This document shows positions 1 to 13,425 of a stretch of 64,000 nt of DNA, in pieces. The translations under genes were made by a program, and so were the position numbers. The stretch spans positions 8,680,001 to 8,744,000 of the forward strand of contig NC_090349.1 of the NCBI RefSeq assembly GCF_035084215.1, read 5' to 3'. Under the pieces are notes generated by a model, which did not search any database, was not told the origin of the DNA, and saw only the letters and a program-made list of their open reading frames with translations. Origin of the DNA: Heptranchias perlo. Lineage: Eukaryota. Position 1 is the first letter of the stretch; every line of letters begins with the position of its first letter.

Positions 1-1250
1 AAATGGTTACTGGCCCACACAATCCAACATAAATGGTTACTGGCCCACACCATCCAACATAAATGGTTACTGGCCCACACCATCCAACGTAAATGGTTAC
101 TGGCCCACACCATCCAACGTAAATGGTTACTGGCCCACACCATCCAACGTAAATAGTTACTGGCCCACAGCATCCAACGTAAATGGCTACTGGCCCACAG
201 CATCCAACGTAAATGGCTACTGGCCCACAGCATCCAACGTAAATGGCTACTGGCCCACAGCATCCAACGTAAATGGCTACTGGCCCACAGCATCCAACGT
301 AAATGGCTACTGGCCCACAGCATCCAACGTAAATGGCTACTGGCCCACAGCATCCAACGTAAATGGCTACTGGCCCACAGCATCCAACGTAAATGGCTAC
401 TGGCCCACAGCATCCAACGTAAATGGCTACTGGCCCACAGCATCCAACGTAAATGGCTACTGGCCACAGCATCCAACGTAAATGGTTACTGACCCATAAC
501 ATCCAACATAAATGGTTACTGGCCCATAACATCCAACATAAATGGCTACTGGCCACAGCATCCAACGTAACTGGCAACTGGCCCACACCATCCAACATTT
601 TAAAAAATGTATTAGTTCATGGGATGTGGGCGCGCTGGCGAGGCCAGCATTTATTGCCCATCCCTAATTGCCCTTGAGAAGGTGGTGGTGAGCTGCCTTC
701 TTGAACCACTGCAGTCCAATATAAATGGCAACCGGCCCACACCATCCAACATAAATGGCAACCGGCCCACACCATCCAACATAAATAGCTACTAGTCCAC
801 ACCATCAACATAAATGGCAACCGGCCCACACCATCCAACATAAATGGCTACTGGCCCACAGCATCCAACATAAATGGTTACTAGTCCACACCATCCAACA
901 TAAATGGCTACTGGCCCACACCATCCAACATAAATGGCTACTGGCCCACACCATCCAACATAAATGGCTACTGGCCCACACCATCCAACATAAATGGCTA
1001 CTGGCCCACACCATCGAACATAAATGGTTACTGCCCCACAGCATCCAACAAAAATGGCTACTGGCCCACACCATCCAACATAAATGGCTACTGGTCCACA
1101 CCATCCAACATAAATGGCTACTGGTCCACACCATCCAACATAAATGGCTACTGGCCCACACCATCCAACATAAATGGCTACTGGTCCACACCATCCAACA
1201 TAAATGGCTACTGGTCCACACCATCCAACATAAATGGCTACTGGTCCACA
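1..1250. repeat. 30-bp minisatellite (AAATGGCTACTGGCCCACA[C/G]CATCCAAC[A/G]T), about 38 copies, running off the window start
   Basis: Tandem array directly visible; interrupted at about 599-714. Confidence 0.98.
599..714 (-). mobile_element. 3' end of a non-LTR retrotransposon inserted in the minisatellite
   Basis: Reverse complement of the terminus at 37195-37310 and 26880-26998 (…GGGCAATTAGGGATGGGCAATAAATGC…CCCACATCCCATGAA-polyA). Confidence 0.9.
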
Positions 1251-1388
1251 GAGCTCCTCCAAATCAGTAAGTAAAAGAAAAATATTTTGAGGTTTTCATT
1301 TTGGGAGAAATCCTTGTGTAAACCAGCATCTCAAGCTGCCTGTGTGCAGTGAGTGATGTCAGCGAGAGATGCATGTCAGAGAGAGGCG

Positions 1389-1602
1389 TGTTAATTGTAC
1401 CCATGTGATTTATATCAATTAGTGTTAATTGTATTCAGGTGGTGCATATCAATTGAGGACACGCTTGTATCTATTTATAAGAGAGCTGATCTAGGGGGTG
1501 GTGTGGGTGTAATGCGGAGCTCTGTGAATAAAGACTTGGAAGCAACTGAAGACTAGGCTCTAGTATTCTATCCTTCACCACCTGGCTATCCAGTTTGTAA
1601 CA
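1389..1602 (+). mobile_element. Solo LTR (214 bp)
   Basis: TGTTA...TAACA inverted termini, 5-bp TSD AGGCG/AGGCA (one CpG-type change), internal TATA-like TATTTATAAG and AATAAA. Confidence 0.75.
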
Positions 1603-2262
1603 AGGCACCCCTTCAACGTGAGCTCCACACAAGTTTTTTGCTGGTTTTGTAGTAACCATTCCTGGTTAAGATTCCCAGCTATTTCCCATCTAATAGGAAT
1701 TTTGATTGGACACTAAGAATTAGTATCAATGGATTTATGGAGAAAACTAGACAGGATTTTATTTTTAAAATCTGTTCTTCAAGATGGAATCAAACTTTTT
1801 TTTGATGCTTCCTCTTCATTCCAACCCCCTCACTCTAAGAAAGTTCAAAATTTGACTGATTGCTTGCGAAACTTCACAGTGTTGGTCTTGAATTGTCACC
1901 TGTTCATTAATAATTCAGCTGCCTTGAATTTATTTTAATGATTTTCCATGTGTACTTACCCCTTTCCCTGTCTGCTTTGTTAATTCAGCTGCAAGCCACT
2001 TCCTGTGCAGTGCAGTGATTAAGGCAGGTACAGCTACTGCGTGGAGATATGCCAGGAGGAACTGTTGGCTGTTTGCCTGAATGTTGTTAAGTAAACATTT
2101 TATGGTGATCAAGATGTTAGTTAGTGGAACCTGGGAATGTCTGGGGTGTTGCCAAGCCATTGCCATATTTTAAATGTCAGCTTATGCCCCAAAAATAAAC
2201 CTGGGAAAATATTCCACAGTTTATGGTGAGCAGAGCCCTATTTGATCATTCAACAGGATTTA

Positions 2263-2878
2263 GGAACACAGTAACAAAAGTAGGCCATTCAGACCCTCCA
2301 GCCTGTTCCGCCATTCAATTAGATCATGGCTGATCTGTACCTCAACTTCATTTGCCTGCCTTTGTTCCATATCCCTTGATACCCTTACTCAACAAAAGTC
2401 TAGCCATCTCAGTCTTGAAATCTCCAAGAGACCCAGCATCCACTGCCTTTTGGGGAAAGAGAGTTCCAGATTTCCATTACCCTTTGTGTGAAAAAGTGCA
2501 CCCTGATTTCACTCCTGAATGGCCTGGCTCTAATTTTAAGAATATGCCTTCCTGTTCTAGGTTTCCCACCAGAGGAAATAGATGCTCTTTATTTACCCTA
2601 TCGAATCCTTATATCATTTTAAACACCGCAATTAGATCACCCTCAATCTTCTACACTCAAGGGAAGACAAGCAAAGTTTATGCAACCCGTCCTCATAATT
2701 TAACCTTTTAAGCCCCGGTATCATTCTGGTGAGTCTGTGCTGCAGCCCCTCCAAGGCCAATATACCCTTCCTGAGGTGTGGTGCCCAGAACTCAACGCAG
2801 TACTCCAGGTGGGGTCTGACCAAGATTCCGCACAAATGAATCATAACTTCCTTCCCTTTGTATTCCAACCCCCTTGAG
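2263..2878 (-). mobile_element. CR1 LINE 3' fragment
   Basis: LVRPHLEYCVEFWAPHLRK peptide plus the CR1 3' tail. Confidence 0.9.
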
Positions 2879-2899
2879 ACATTCTACACAATTTAACTG

Positions 2900-3445
2900 A
2901 AAGAGAAAGAATGCAGTATAATTGGAGTGCTCCAATCACTACAGAACAGGAATCAACAAAGCAAACAGAATGTTGAACCATATAGTGAAAACAGTACAGT
3001 TCAAGTTGGAGGAAATCATGCTTTGATCAGTTCACTCTTCAAGCACTGTGCCTAGTTCTGGTTAGCTAGATACAAGGGGAACATTCAAGCCCCGAAGGCA
3101 ATACAGAAAGGAGACATGAGATTGAAAGCACTGAGTTATGAGTAAAGAATGGAGAAACTTGGGCTTTTCAGCCTTGAAACGAAGCTACAGGTATATAAGA
3201 TTGTAAATGATAGAGAAAAGGTAAATCCAAGACACTATTTCAAATTGAATAATAGGACAAGACAAGTAAAAGGCAAATTTAGGACGGTCAGGAATTTCTT
3301 CTTTACACATGGAATGGAGTTCTGGGCATGACAGAAGTGTGAAAAACAGTTGAATGATGTGATGGAGGAGGTCTATGGGGTCTTTCTGGATATATGGGTT
3401 GCTAATATGGGCCAAACAGCCTTCGTCTTCCATAACTTACCTTGT
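2900..3445 (+). mobile_element. Old degenerate CR1 3' fragment
   Basis: EKLGLFSLE...VYKIV remnant. Confidence 0.65.
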
Positions 3446-6400
3446 GATAGATATAGGTTAAGGAAGCAGGGAGGTCCGTTGATGTCGTAACTGTTTTTTG
3501 TCCAAAGTACTACTACGGTTTTGGGGTGGAGTGGTTTATAGTTGTGACTGCTACAGGTGATCCCAGGGCAAATTTATTTTTGTGTTTTTGTATGTTATCT
3601 AAATTGGTCTCTGATTTACATAATGATTCAATTTTATAAGTCATTGAATAAAGTGCTTTCCGCTGTTTATGTTATGCTGGTTTTTGTCCTGGAAGCTAAC
3701 CGCAAAACATGTATTTGTTAAGAGCAATCCATTTAAGAAAGGAAAGAACTGAGTTGCCTCAGTTGCGTGATAAAAAAGATTCTCTTGATGTACAGAAGGT
3801 GATGGTTAACAGCCCTTCCCAGGATCATCTATCCTGAAGGTGTTCACACTGCTGAGGCAGAGAGAAACTTGAAGAACATGTGGTTTGTGAATTCATGGAA
3901 CGGAATATCTTTGTTCAGGCGATGGCAAGCATGCAGGGGAGCAAGAACATAAACCGCAGAACTGAAAAGGACATCTGCTATAAAACTGAAACATCTTCAA
4001 ATGGTTGGGGCTTGGAGGAGATCATGTTAAGAGGTCACCCTCTGCAGCTCCTACTTGTATGCTGGAAAGAACCAACTCCAGGGTGTTGTGACTATAGCTC
4101 CCACTTTAAAAACTGCAGTTTGAGAACAAACTCTGCAAGATGAAATCAAACTTTACTTAGTGCTATTAGGACAAAGTTCACAGTAGCACGAGTAGACACC
4201 ATTTCCTAGGATAAAATCTACTACTTGTTTTGAAGGTTGTTAAAGTTGATGAGTTGAGTTATCATGTAACAGCATTAAATTTAAATGGGATTTTGAGCAC
4301 TGTCCACGTTAAATATTGCCACAATTTCAATGCACTGCAAGCGGTTTCTCATTATTTCCAACAAACCATTTCTTCCATTAGGCCACTTAAAGCAGTGCTC
4401 CTTGCTGTGGCACATTCCCTCCCTCATTAAGGAAAATAATACAATTTAAAGGCCCCCATCAGTTCAAACAATTGCTTCTTTTATCATTTTCTGTGCAGCA
4501 CAATCTATAGTTTTAAAGGATTTGGGTCCAATGGTACCCAATATAAACAACTTCTGTAAGGACATGCCTAGCTTGTACAGAACTAGTGTTGTACACCATG
4601 TTGACCAGAGTAAACTTCTTCATCGTGTGAGCTTATTAAAACAATTCACCCCTGCCTTCCTGAGGTGGGTCCACTTAAAGTGACTATAGAGTTGTTGGGA
4701 TCCATAAGAATGACAAGACTTGCTTCCTCAAATATAGATTATAATCAATAACTGTATAATCAGCAAGCAGCCTCAGGGATGACTGCTGTGCACTAAATGG
4801 AGGCTGCAGTTCCTTCTTTTCGATGGACAGTGTATTAGCAGTTTTTTTTTCTGGCAGGGATGAGTTTTTATTATTTCCTTCCCTTGGACCTTCTAATTCA
4901 CTTGGGCCAAAATGTACAATTAATCTCATTAAAAGTCCAGTTCCAAACAGCACAGTACAAAGTACACCTAACCCTCAATTAGTTTGAATCCCAGGACTCC
5001 CCGTTATACTTGGGATTGCACAAGACTGACTTTCAGCAGCTGTTGGACAGAACACGCTTCAGTTGCGACATTATACACTAGTGGGGAGCCAGAATATGCA
5101 TCAACGCTGATGATGGAGCTTTGAACACCGTGCTCTCTTGCCTGGAGGATTGCATGCGGTAAATAGTTCCTGTGGGGAATACTGGGGCTGGGGTAAAGGT
5201 GGCAGAGTAACTAAATTTAACATCAATGCAAATTAGAAGGGCATTAGTGTCACTGCAGGCTTTTGAAGTACTCTGAGGTCTGTTGCTGTGTTGGCATCTG
5301 TGGCGGTGTGAACTTTAACCACATGGATTCAATAAAACGGTAGAGATCGTGGAATTGTCAGTGATTGAAAACATGTTATACATCACCGGTGGCAGAATTA
5401 TTTGACAAAAAGGGAAGTAAAAGGATAAAAAGATAACAGATATAAAGGCAAGACTTAACGTTTCATCCCTTTTGCAGACAGCATCTTCAAAGGTAACAAA
5501 AAAATGAAGATAAGCTGTTGGAACAGTAGCAAATTTAGGGCTAGTAAAACAGCAACAGGTGTATAGATTATCAAGTAACTAAAATTCTAACGCTGTTGTC
5601 TAGACAAATCCAATTACAGCCAGCCAGATAATAACTAGTCCTTCTTTGAAGTTAACAACTACACTCAACTTCAAATGCTTCTTGAAATTCATATTCTACA
5701 GGATAAACGAATTTTACTTCAACTTATGACCTACCCCAATGACATGGGCTGCAATAGATGACCAGCTCACAGCCTTATTGTTTCAATCGCATCTATGCTA
5801 AGCAAGTCACGTCTGACGGCGGCGGCCAATTTTGTCAATGCAGACTTTGCCACGCTTGCAAGGGACGGAATCAACAACAGACTTGCAATTTTCATTTCAA
5901 ACAAAGCCCCAATAATGGCGTATCATGTCCCATGAATGAATGGGGTGATCAATGTGGCCGTAGGACTGTCCTATTCTCTCAAAACAGCGAGAGATTTCTC
6001 GTTTCCAAAATCATCTACTGATGACTGAAGCCGCTACAGCGAATTCCTCTCATCTAATGCAGCTCTACTCCAGGGCAAGCTGGGTGACAAAAGTGTCCCG
6101 ACATAATCACTGGCAGCTCTGACATCTCCAATGTTTGTTACTGGGTGGTATTGCCTCCGTGTACCTGGAATCAATACTCCACACGTTAGTCATTGGACCT
6201 TCACAACAGGAAAGGAACAAGTCATTTTCCTTGATCTCCATTCTTGATCGGTTGAACGGAGTTCAAGAAACAACAAATTTCCCTTCCCACGTTTCCAAAT
6301 AAAGGTGTCATCCGCCTAAAGTAGCTCGAGGTGAGGGTGTGTTGAGATCACATTGCATTGATCGTGTCATTGTGCTTTACTTTGTTTGTAAAAAAGTGAA

Positions 6401-6917
6401 GTGTTTTATACGAACGTCTACAAGGATAACACTGCCATATTATAAAAATACCACTAACCCACAGCAAACCTAACTGGAATCACTGCAGGCAGTGTAAATA
6501 ATGTAACACGTGGTAAATCTCCACCTCCCCGCAATGAATGGATGCAGAGTTAGGGAAACATTTTCTTGTGAACTATAAAGTGAAATCTCAATTATTACAC
6601 TGAGCTAGGACTTCATTAATGTACAGAGCATGGAAAACACATTGAAACAATTCAAAACCAATCGCTGCATTACTGATCAATACATGATAAATACTCCGGG
6701 TGCAGTGCAGAAGACTAGTGAGATGCTGCAGAACAGCCTTTAACAGCAGCAGCTTGTAAAGCATCCAGAGGGCCAGGCTACAGAGATAGCAATAGAATAC
6801 TTCCATGACAGGAGGAACTTTTAAGTATTCCCTTGGCTTTCTCTCTCTCACATCATTTATTGGAAGCTAGTTTTCAACAGCATTAAATGTAAGAAACAAA
6901 TGTGAACCATGTCTTAC

Positions 6918-6951
6918 CAGTGCCTGTACCAGTGGGGTCACCTCCTTGAAT
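6918..6951 (-). CDS. PPIL2: PPIL2 coding exon (IQGGDPTGTGT-G)
   Basis: ttcttccag|ATTCAAGGAGGTGACCCCACTGGTACAGGCACTG|gtaaga; 34 nt. Contains the cyclophilin QGGDPTGTG motif. The next exon was not found in the window. Confidence 0.95.
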
Positions 6952-6984
6952 CTGGAAGAAAGAAAGAAACCCTTCATAATAGGA

Positions 6985-7510
6985 GCAACAACTTGCATTT
7001 CTATAGTGCTCCTCACATACTGAAAGATTTCTCATAGCATTCTACAAAAGAGAGGGAAATCTGAGGACTCTTACATTGTGGAAGTAAACAGTAGTCACTG
7101 AACAGTATGGAAAAATGGAAACCAGTGAGCTGGGGAGGGGCGTGAAGGTACAGTCAAAATGAAGGGTATAGGGGAGGTTTTTGAAAACAGGGATAGAACT
7201 GACAAGGTTGAGGATCTAGGGATGGTTGTTCCCAAAGACAAGAGCAGAATGACAAAGGATGGCCCCTAGCAATGAAACCGGGAACAAGAAGCAACGAAGT
7301 GTGAGAGGAACAGAAAGCACATCAGACAAGATATCTCTCGGTTAAGATGGAGCGAGACGATGAGGACATCTGAAATCAAGTATGAAAATCTTGTCAGTTC
7401 GCTGGGATATGGGGAACCAGTGGTGCTTATTGAGGATCGGGTGACGGGAATGTGGCACTTTGTGGGGGTAAGGACATTCCCATGGCATTACAGATGAGTT
7501 GTAATTTGTT
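6985..7510 (-). mobile_element. Degenerate L2-like LINE 3' fragment
   Basis: Starts with CAACTTGCATTTCTATAGTG, the reverse complement of the L2-type tail seen at 34745-34770; similar to 46480-46985. Confidence 0.55.
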
Positions 7511-7622
7511 AGGAAATTTGTTTTTCAGTACAAACAGATAATGGGATAATGCAGCTGCAATTGTGGATTGTTGGCTCAAATAGCCAACCATTTTCACCGG
7601 GTAGTCATTTATTCAATTTGTG

Positions 7623-8760
7623 GAATCATAGAATTTTACAGAACAGAAGATAGCTAATCAGCCCCGTGCTCCTGTGCTGACTCTCTGAAAGAGGTATCCC
7701 AATCCACTGCCCTCTCTCTATATCTTTTTATTTTTCTTCCCCCCCCAAATATTTATCCACTTCCTTTTTAAAAGCTACTAGTTGATCTCCTGTGATGTTG
7801 CACACAAAGAGTCAAGAGCACATTTATAATGGAAGCTGTCTCTGTAAACTTGTCACAGTATAATTATACCCTCATGCCAGTGGTGGTGCGATAGGGTCTC
7901 CACTAGGGAAGAGTATAATTGCAGTGTGAAAAGTTTCCATAGTTTCCATTAGAAATGTGGACAGAGGAATTTATAATGGGAACGGCAGACAGGAAATGCA
8001 CACAGATGTATATTACTAGTTGATCTCCTGTGGTGTTGCACAAGGAGAGTTAAGGTCAGGCAAAGCGAGGTTAGAGGCTGAGGGATATTTGGATCAAGAT
8101 GCACAGATACAATTCAATCCTCATTTTAAATCTGTCCTTATTTTTACATATTTACATCGTAAATTCCTATGTCCACATTTATAATGGAAACTGCCTATGT
8201 TAACTTGTCACGCTGTAATTACTCCAGCCAATAGTGGTTCATAACTAAAGGCTGCTATCCGTGGTATCTGAGTAAATCTCTTCTGTACCCTTTCTATAAC
8301 CTTGAAATCCATCCTAAAATAGGGCATTCAAAACTGGAACACAATGATACAACCTAACCGATGATTTGTATAGGTTTAGCATTACCTCTTTGCTTTCGTA
8401 CTTGATGTATTTATAGAACCTAGGATGCCATGTGCTCTTTTTTTTCCAGTTTGTTCAACTTGTTGTCCTATTTTAAAGATTTGTGTATGTGAACCCCTAA
8501 GTGTCTCTGCTGCTCTACTCTTTTTGCTATATATTTCTTCTCATTATTCTTTCTCATAAAATGTATCACCTCATAATTTTTCCACATTAAATTTCATCTT
8601 ATACCTATCTGCTTAATCTACGAACCTATTTATGTCCTCCTGAAGTCACATAGTTTTCTACACAGTTAACCATGCTCCCTATTTTTGTGTTGTCTGGAAA
8701 TTTTGATCTGGTGCCTCTACAAAATAAGACCAGATATTTTATGTATATTATTATTTATGT
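7623..8760 (-). mobile_element. Degenerate CR1 fragment interrupted by a palindromic element
   Basis: CR1 tail GAATCATAGAA at about 7623; RT-region similarity resumes at about 8260. Confidence 0.7.
7776..8255. repeat. Unclassified palindromic, partly tandem repeat (copy 1)
   Basis: Hairpin of about 140 bp (7819-7959). ACTAGTTGATCTCCTGTG is duplicated at about 7777 and 8015. Homologous to 56330-57010. Confidence 0.7.
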
Positions 8761-8809
8761 CTATTGAAAAAATTATTTATATATATTGAGAAGAGTCTGA
8801 GAATTTTAA

Positions 8810-9785
8810 AAAATTGGGAGGGCAGGTAATAACTGTGCTCTCAATAAGTTGCAGGATATGGGCAGTGGGAATGGAACACTTTTCAACCTAATGTCAGCAT
8901 CAAGAACTCTAAAAGTTATGTCACAGGCAGAAGGTCATCATAAATGGGAGTAGATCTGCCTGGGGCCAGGTCACGAGTGGAATCCTGTGGGGATCTGTTC
9001 TAAGACTGTTGCTGTATGTCATCTTTGTTAATGAAACCATTCACAGATGTGCACACGAGTTGGGAATTTAGATCAAATAAATAGGTTACAGGCTAATTTG
9101 CATAAGGTAGTGGTTGGTGGATGTTCCTAAATGCGGATAAGTGCAGTTTGGGTCTGAGGAGCTCCAGGCACATCCATATAATGCAAGGGTAGCTGCTAAC
9201 TGTTACAGAGCTGAAGAGGGACCTGGGGGTCACCACTGATATATCATTGAAGGTTCACAAGCCACATGATAAAGCCATTGAGAAGGTAAAGGTTTTGGGT
9301 TGCATGCGAGGACAGTCCAATACAAAACTAAAAATACTACATATGGGATGAATAAGCCCTTGGTAGTGCTGCATTTGGAATACGATGTCTAATTTTCATT
9401 CCCTCATATGGTGAGGGATGTTGGGGATCTCAAGAAAGTACAGAAGAGTGTGATCAAATTGAAACCCAGTCTTAGGACTCTTAGCTATCAGGATAAGTTA
9501 AATGAGTTGAGGTAATTTTCATTAGAGAAACATACGCTTAGAGAAGATATGAATAAGGCTATCAAAATTATGGAAGGATTAAATTCTGTCCAATTGGATA
9601 GGTTATTTTAATTGGATTGGGATGGGAGAACTAGGGGGCATGAATATAAAATCCTTAGGCGAAGAGTTACGTTAGATATCAGGAAGTATTTCTCTTCACA
9701 GAAAGTCCCCGCCCTCTGAAAAAGACTACCAAAATATGTGGTGAGTACGGGCTCCTCGCGGTCCTTCAAAATGGAGCTGAGAAAG
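8810..9785 (+). mobile_element. Old degenerate CR1 ORF2 3' region
   Basis: Remnants of CR1 ORF2 C-terminal motifs (RTRGH; RKYFSSQKV, cf. RxxFFxQRV). Confidence 0.7.
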
Positions 9786-12700
9786 AAGAACATTTCAAAT
9801 TTTAGTGGAAGTCACATACTGGGATTTTTTCGCTATTTAACTTAGGGGGACCTTTTCATAATTTACATTGCAATGTTACTATCAAGTTAAATTTAGTTCA
9901 CAAGGGATTAAATCCACCGAGCAGCCACATACTGGGGGATGTGAATTAGATCTAAGTTAACCAGCTAATGAAGTGATGCTTTCCTCATTCCACTTCAACT
10001 TGAGAAAAGAGAAATTGTTTAGACACTCCTATAAACATCCACACATTATTTTGGGATGGGCCCATTTAGTCTAGCCAACAGGGGATGGTTGCAGGGAAAT
10101 CTAATCAGGAGGAGGGGAGGTAGTAGTGGGATAACTGGCAGCTACTGGTCAAACCTTGGGCACAGAGAGCTGGGAGAGTGTCAGATATCAAGCACTTGGC
10201 ATACTGTCGAGCTAGGAAACAAAGGACACAGAAACACACAGTCTTGGAAGGGTTGATAAGGCAGCTAGACCTAGAGAGGAAGTTCTCTCATTTAAGAAGC
10301 TCATCTATTTATATTTGACCTATCATCACTAATGTGGTGATCAATCTGCCTTTTGGAAGACTGCAGAAGCACACATGGTGGCACATAGAAGATTACAATA
10401 TCCAGTTCTTACAACAAGAGATTTCACTATTACAGCCCCCGGGTCATTTAACTAGATATTGGGCAGTAGGGGTAAACTTCTGATCATAAGGGATGCAGGG
10501 TCCATTTACAAGAGAGACTGGTGACACTGGTCCCAACAGAATATCTGGTACAGACTTGATATTTGTAACAGAGGATAAGTTGTGGGGTGGCTGGCATGAA
10601 AGAGATTCATGAGGTTACTGCAGTCTCCTGGAGCTTGCTTGATTGCCTTAAAAGATTGGACAGGAATATCCCAGATTTTTTCCTTTTCGGCCTCAGGATT
10701 TTTTTGCCCCTCCCAGGAGGAGGTGGATTGATGGTGTGCACCATGTCAAGATGGGAGCAGGTTTTGATGGGCTAGATGGGACAGTTAATCTTTTCGTACA
10801 TTCGTAACTGTAGTAGGGGTTAAAAGCAGAGTGAAGTTCCCTCTGCAGCATTTCATTAATCACTTCCAAAGCAAGCAGAGCATTACTTAGATGCAAATTC
10901 TACTCAACCACAGCAATGTATCTTAACCCTAACCAGTACAGCTCTCTGACTGCGTCAGTGTGACATTCCGTATTGTGTAAATGGAATTACCGTAAACTCC
11001 TTCAACACAATTGATAGTTTTCAATTTATATTTAATAGCAGGTGAAATTGATACACTAGTGATAATCAAACAATTGTTTACATTTTTAATAAAATACAAC
11101 CTGAAGTGCAGTTTCATAATTATGAACGCACTTTAATTACATACTAGTTTACGTCTTGTGGTGGGGCCTTGCTACTTGGCTGTGCTGAAAGGGAGGAGAG
11201 ATTCAGACTGAGGGAGCACAGAGGCTGAGAGGGCCAGAAAGACCAGGCAGTCTAAGCTGCAAAGGACAAACAAAATAGCTGAAAATGTTAAAAACTGAAC
11301 ACTAACAATAAATGAAGTAAATAATTAAAATATATGGAAGTTGGATTAAAAAGGGAAATGCGGGCGGAGAGAAAAAAAAATGATTGCCTTGTGTGGTCCA
11401 GTGAAATTGATTGTTGAGGTGTGATTGGTCCATGCAAACCATGTGATCATGTAGCCCCCACAGACCAATCAGCAACACTGGAATGACCATAATCTACAAT
11501 ATCATTCTTACAGAGAAACAATTGTGAACCTTTTAATTTTGACAGGCAATGTTTAGAATAACATTCTTTTGTAACATACAAAATACTGTTTTTGTATTAA
11601 TGAAGTTTATTTTTAAAACAATAATCATTTTTTAAAATCACATAATTAAGAAGTTGCCAAAACAAACATATGGACAGACATCTTTAATATACTGAATTGT
11701 TTTGCAAAATTGGTAAAGTGGGAATGGAACATTTTTCTACTTTGTAAAAAACTTGTTGGAATGTGGGTGGTGCTGGCAAGGCCACGTTTAAAGATTTCAC
11801 TCCCAGCAACATCATCTGGTGCTTCCAACTCAAGTAAAACATAGGCTAGATGCAGATAAAGCTCCAACTGCTCTGCACCAGCATACCTAGACTCCAAATG
11901 CACTGGTGTGAATTTTACGATTTCCAGTGCCAGGTATCCTAATGGTCTCTGAACAAGATTGCAAAATTAAGAGTAGTGTGGTCCACTAAGCAATGAACTG
12001 AGTTCCCTTAGGGTAGGGCACTTACAGCTGCCAGAGGAAAAAAAAGAGACTTTCAACCAGTCAAGCTGGGCTGCATTCAAAATCAAACCACCAAGGTAAA
12101 AGGTCAGTGCGCTGATTCACTGAGCAACCGGGCTAGATAGCATTAACACTAAAGTAGTATCCGGTCAGCTTGCTATTTCATAAAAGTTTCTCTTTTGTAC
12201 TTAATTATTCCAAACACTTATAAAACAGAAGACAGATGTTACTATGTTCTGTGCTTTATTAGTTTTTAAGATCTTCAAACAAAAGACTGACCAAACTCCT
12301 CAAACGTTTGAGGTATATTTGCAGAGTTGCACTGCTTTGTTACACCAATCCTGTGAATTAGTATACTGCACACAATCTCACACACTATCCCTACATTGCA
12401 GGGAGCCCTATCTCACTGGGAGAATGCCAGCCAACAGCATTTCACTATCATGAGGGAACTGTAAGCAGCAAATTAGTAAATAGGAAGGAATTGCAGAGAT
12501 GGGAAAGTTTGGGAGCAGTTAAGTTTAAAGAAGCATAAAGGTGGTCCAAGATGAAACAAAGCAAGCTTTTTAAAATCACTGGCCTGTGTTGTGTGCCACT
12601 ATGTCAAAATAGGAGACACCGAGGCTAGCATGTAAAAGGTTCTCCCTGCAGAAACTCGTGGTGTGAATTTTAATTAAAGCTTTGAATTAAAATCTGTACA

Positions 12701-13254
12701 TTTTTTTTACACAGGACTATAGAATAATTAGTAAATAAATTTGGTATTTAAAAATTGTACCTAAAACCCATCCAAGTTTAAAAATTCATTCGGGTAAATT
12801 TACCACTTTTGAGCTAGGGAAATAAATTTATTGTTTTAATAGTATTTAGAAGAGTCGACAGAATAGTATTGTTTGTACTTTTGCAAAAAAAAAATATGAC
12901 CACTTGAATGGACCCTAATGTAAGATGGGCATTACAGTAAGTTGTGAGAGTTGAACACTGGTGTGAGCATTACTCATGAAATGCTTTCAGCAAACCGGAT
13001 TTAAAAAAAGAACTGTCTGCCAAATTCTAAAAGACGGTCTGTCTTCTTCTCTCATTAACTTCAATGAAACCTACAATATAAAGATTGGTTTAAACTCTTT
13101 GGTACTGGGTTCATGAAAACCATTTAAATATGTTTTTTTAAAATTGGGGCATTGATCACTGTTCTTGCAATACAGTCAGTAACATTGTACAGGAGGCATT
13201 TCAAACACATCTCACACTAAGCAGGTTACAAGTCAATAACAGCAGTAGACCTAC

Positions 13255-13344
13255 CATGAAATTCCGGATAGATCTGTGAAAGATTGTTCCATCATAATAT
13301 CCCTTTTTGCACAGTTTGATGAAATTTTCACATGCCTTTGGAGT
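13255..13344 (-). CDS. PPIL2: PPIL2 coding exon ([30 protein letters not shown])
   Basis: ttatag|ACTCCAAAG...TTCATG|gtaggt; 90 nt, phase 0 to 0. Contains the cyclophilin FHRSIRNF motif. Confidence 0.96.
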
Positions 13345-13425
13345 CTATAAAATTCGAACAGAGGAAAGAAACAACTTTATTTTCTCATATGTATTCAGAA
13401 ACCCTGCAATCAGTCTTACCAGTAT

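Noticed and set aside
1-1250. CRISPR-like periodicity
   Set aside because: Units are contiguous with no unique spacers, and the context is eukaryotic.
453-1262. Repetitive ORFs (WCGPVAIYVG)n and (WMVWASSHLC)n
   Set aside because: Artefact of a 30-bp, frame-preserving minisatellite.
5900-6300. Possible further PLE RT remnant (FTTGKEQVIFLDL on the plus strand)
   Set aside because: No convincing YxDD motif, and the spacing to the putative GxxMG motif is too short; unsupported without an HMM search.
9874-10570. Possible solo LTR (TGTTAC...GTAACA) between CR1 pieces
   Set aside because: The flanks (TGCAA and GAGGA) do not form a TSD, and there is no second copy in the window.
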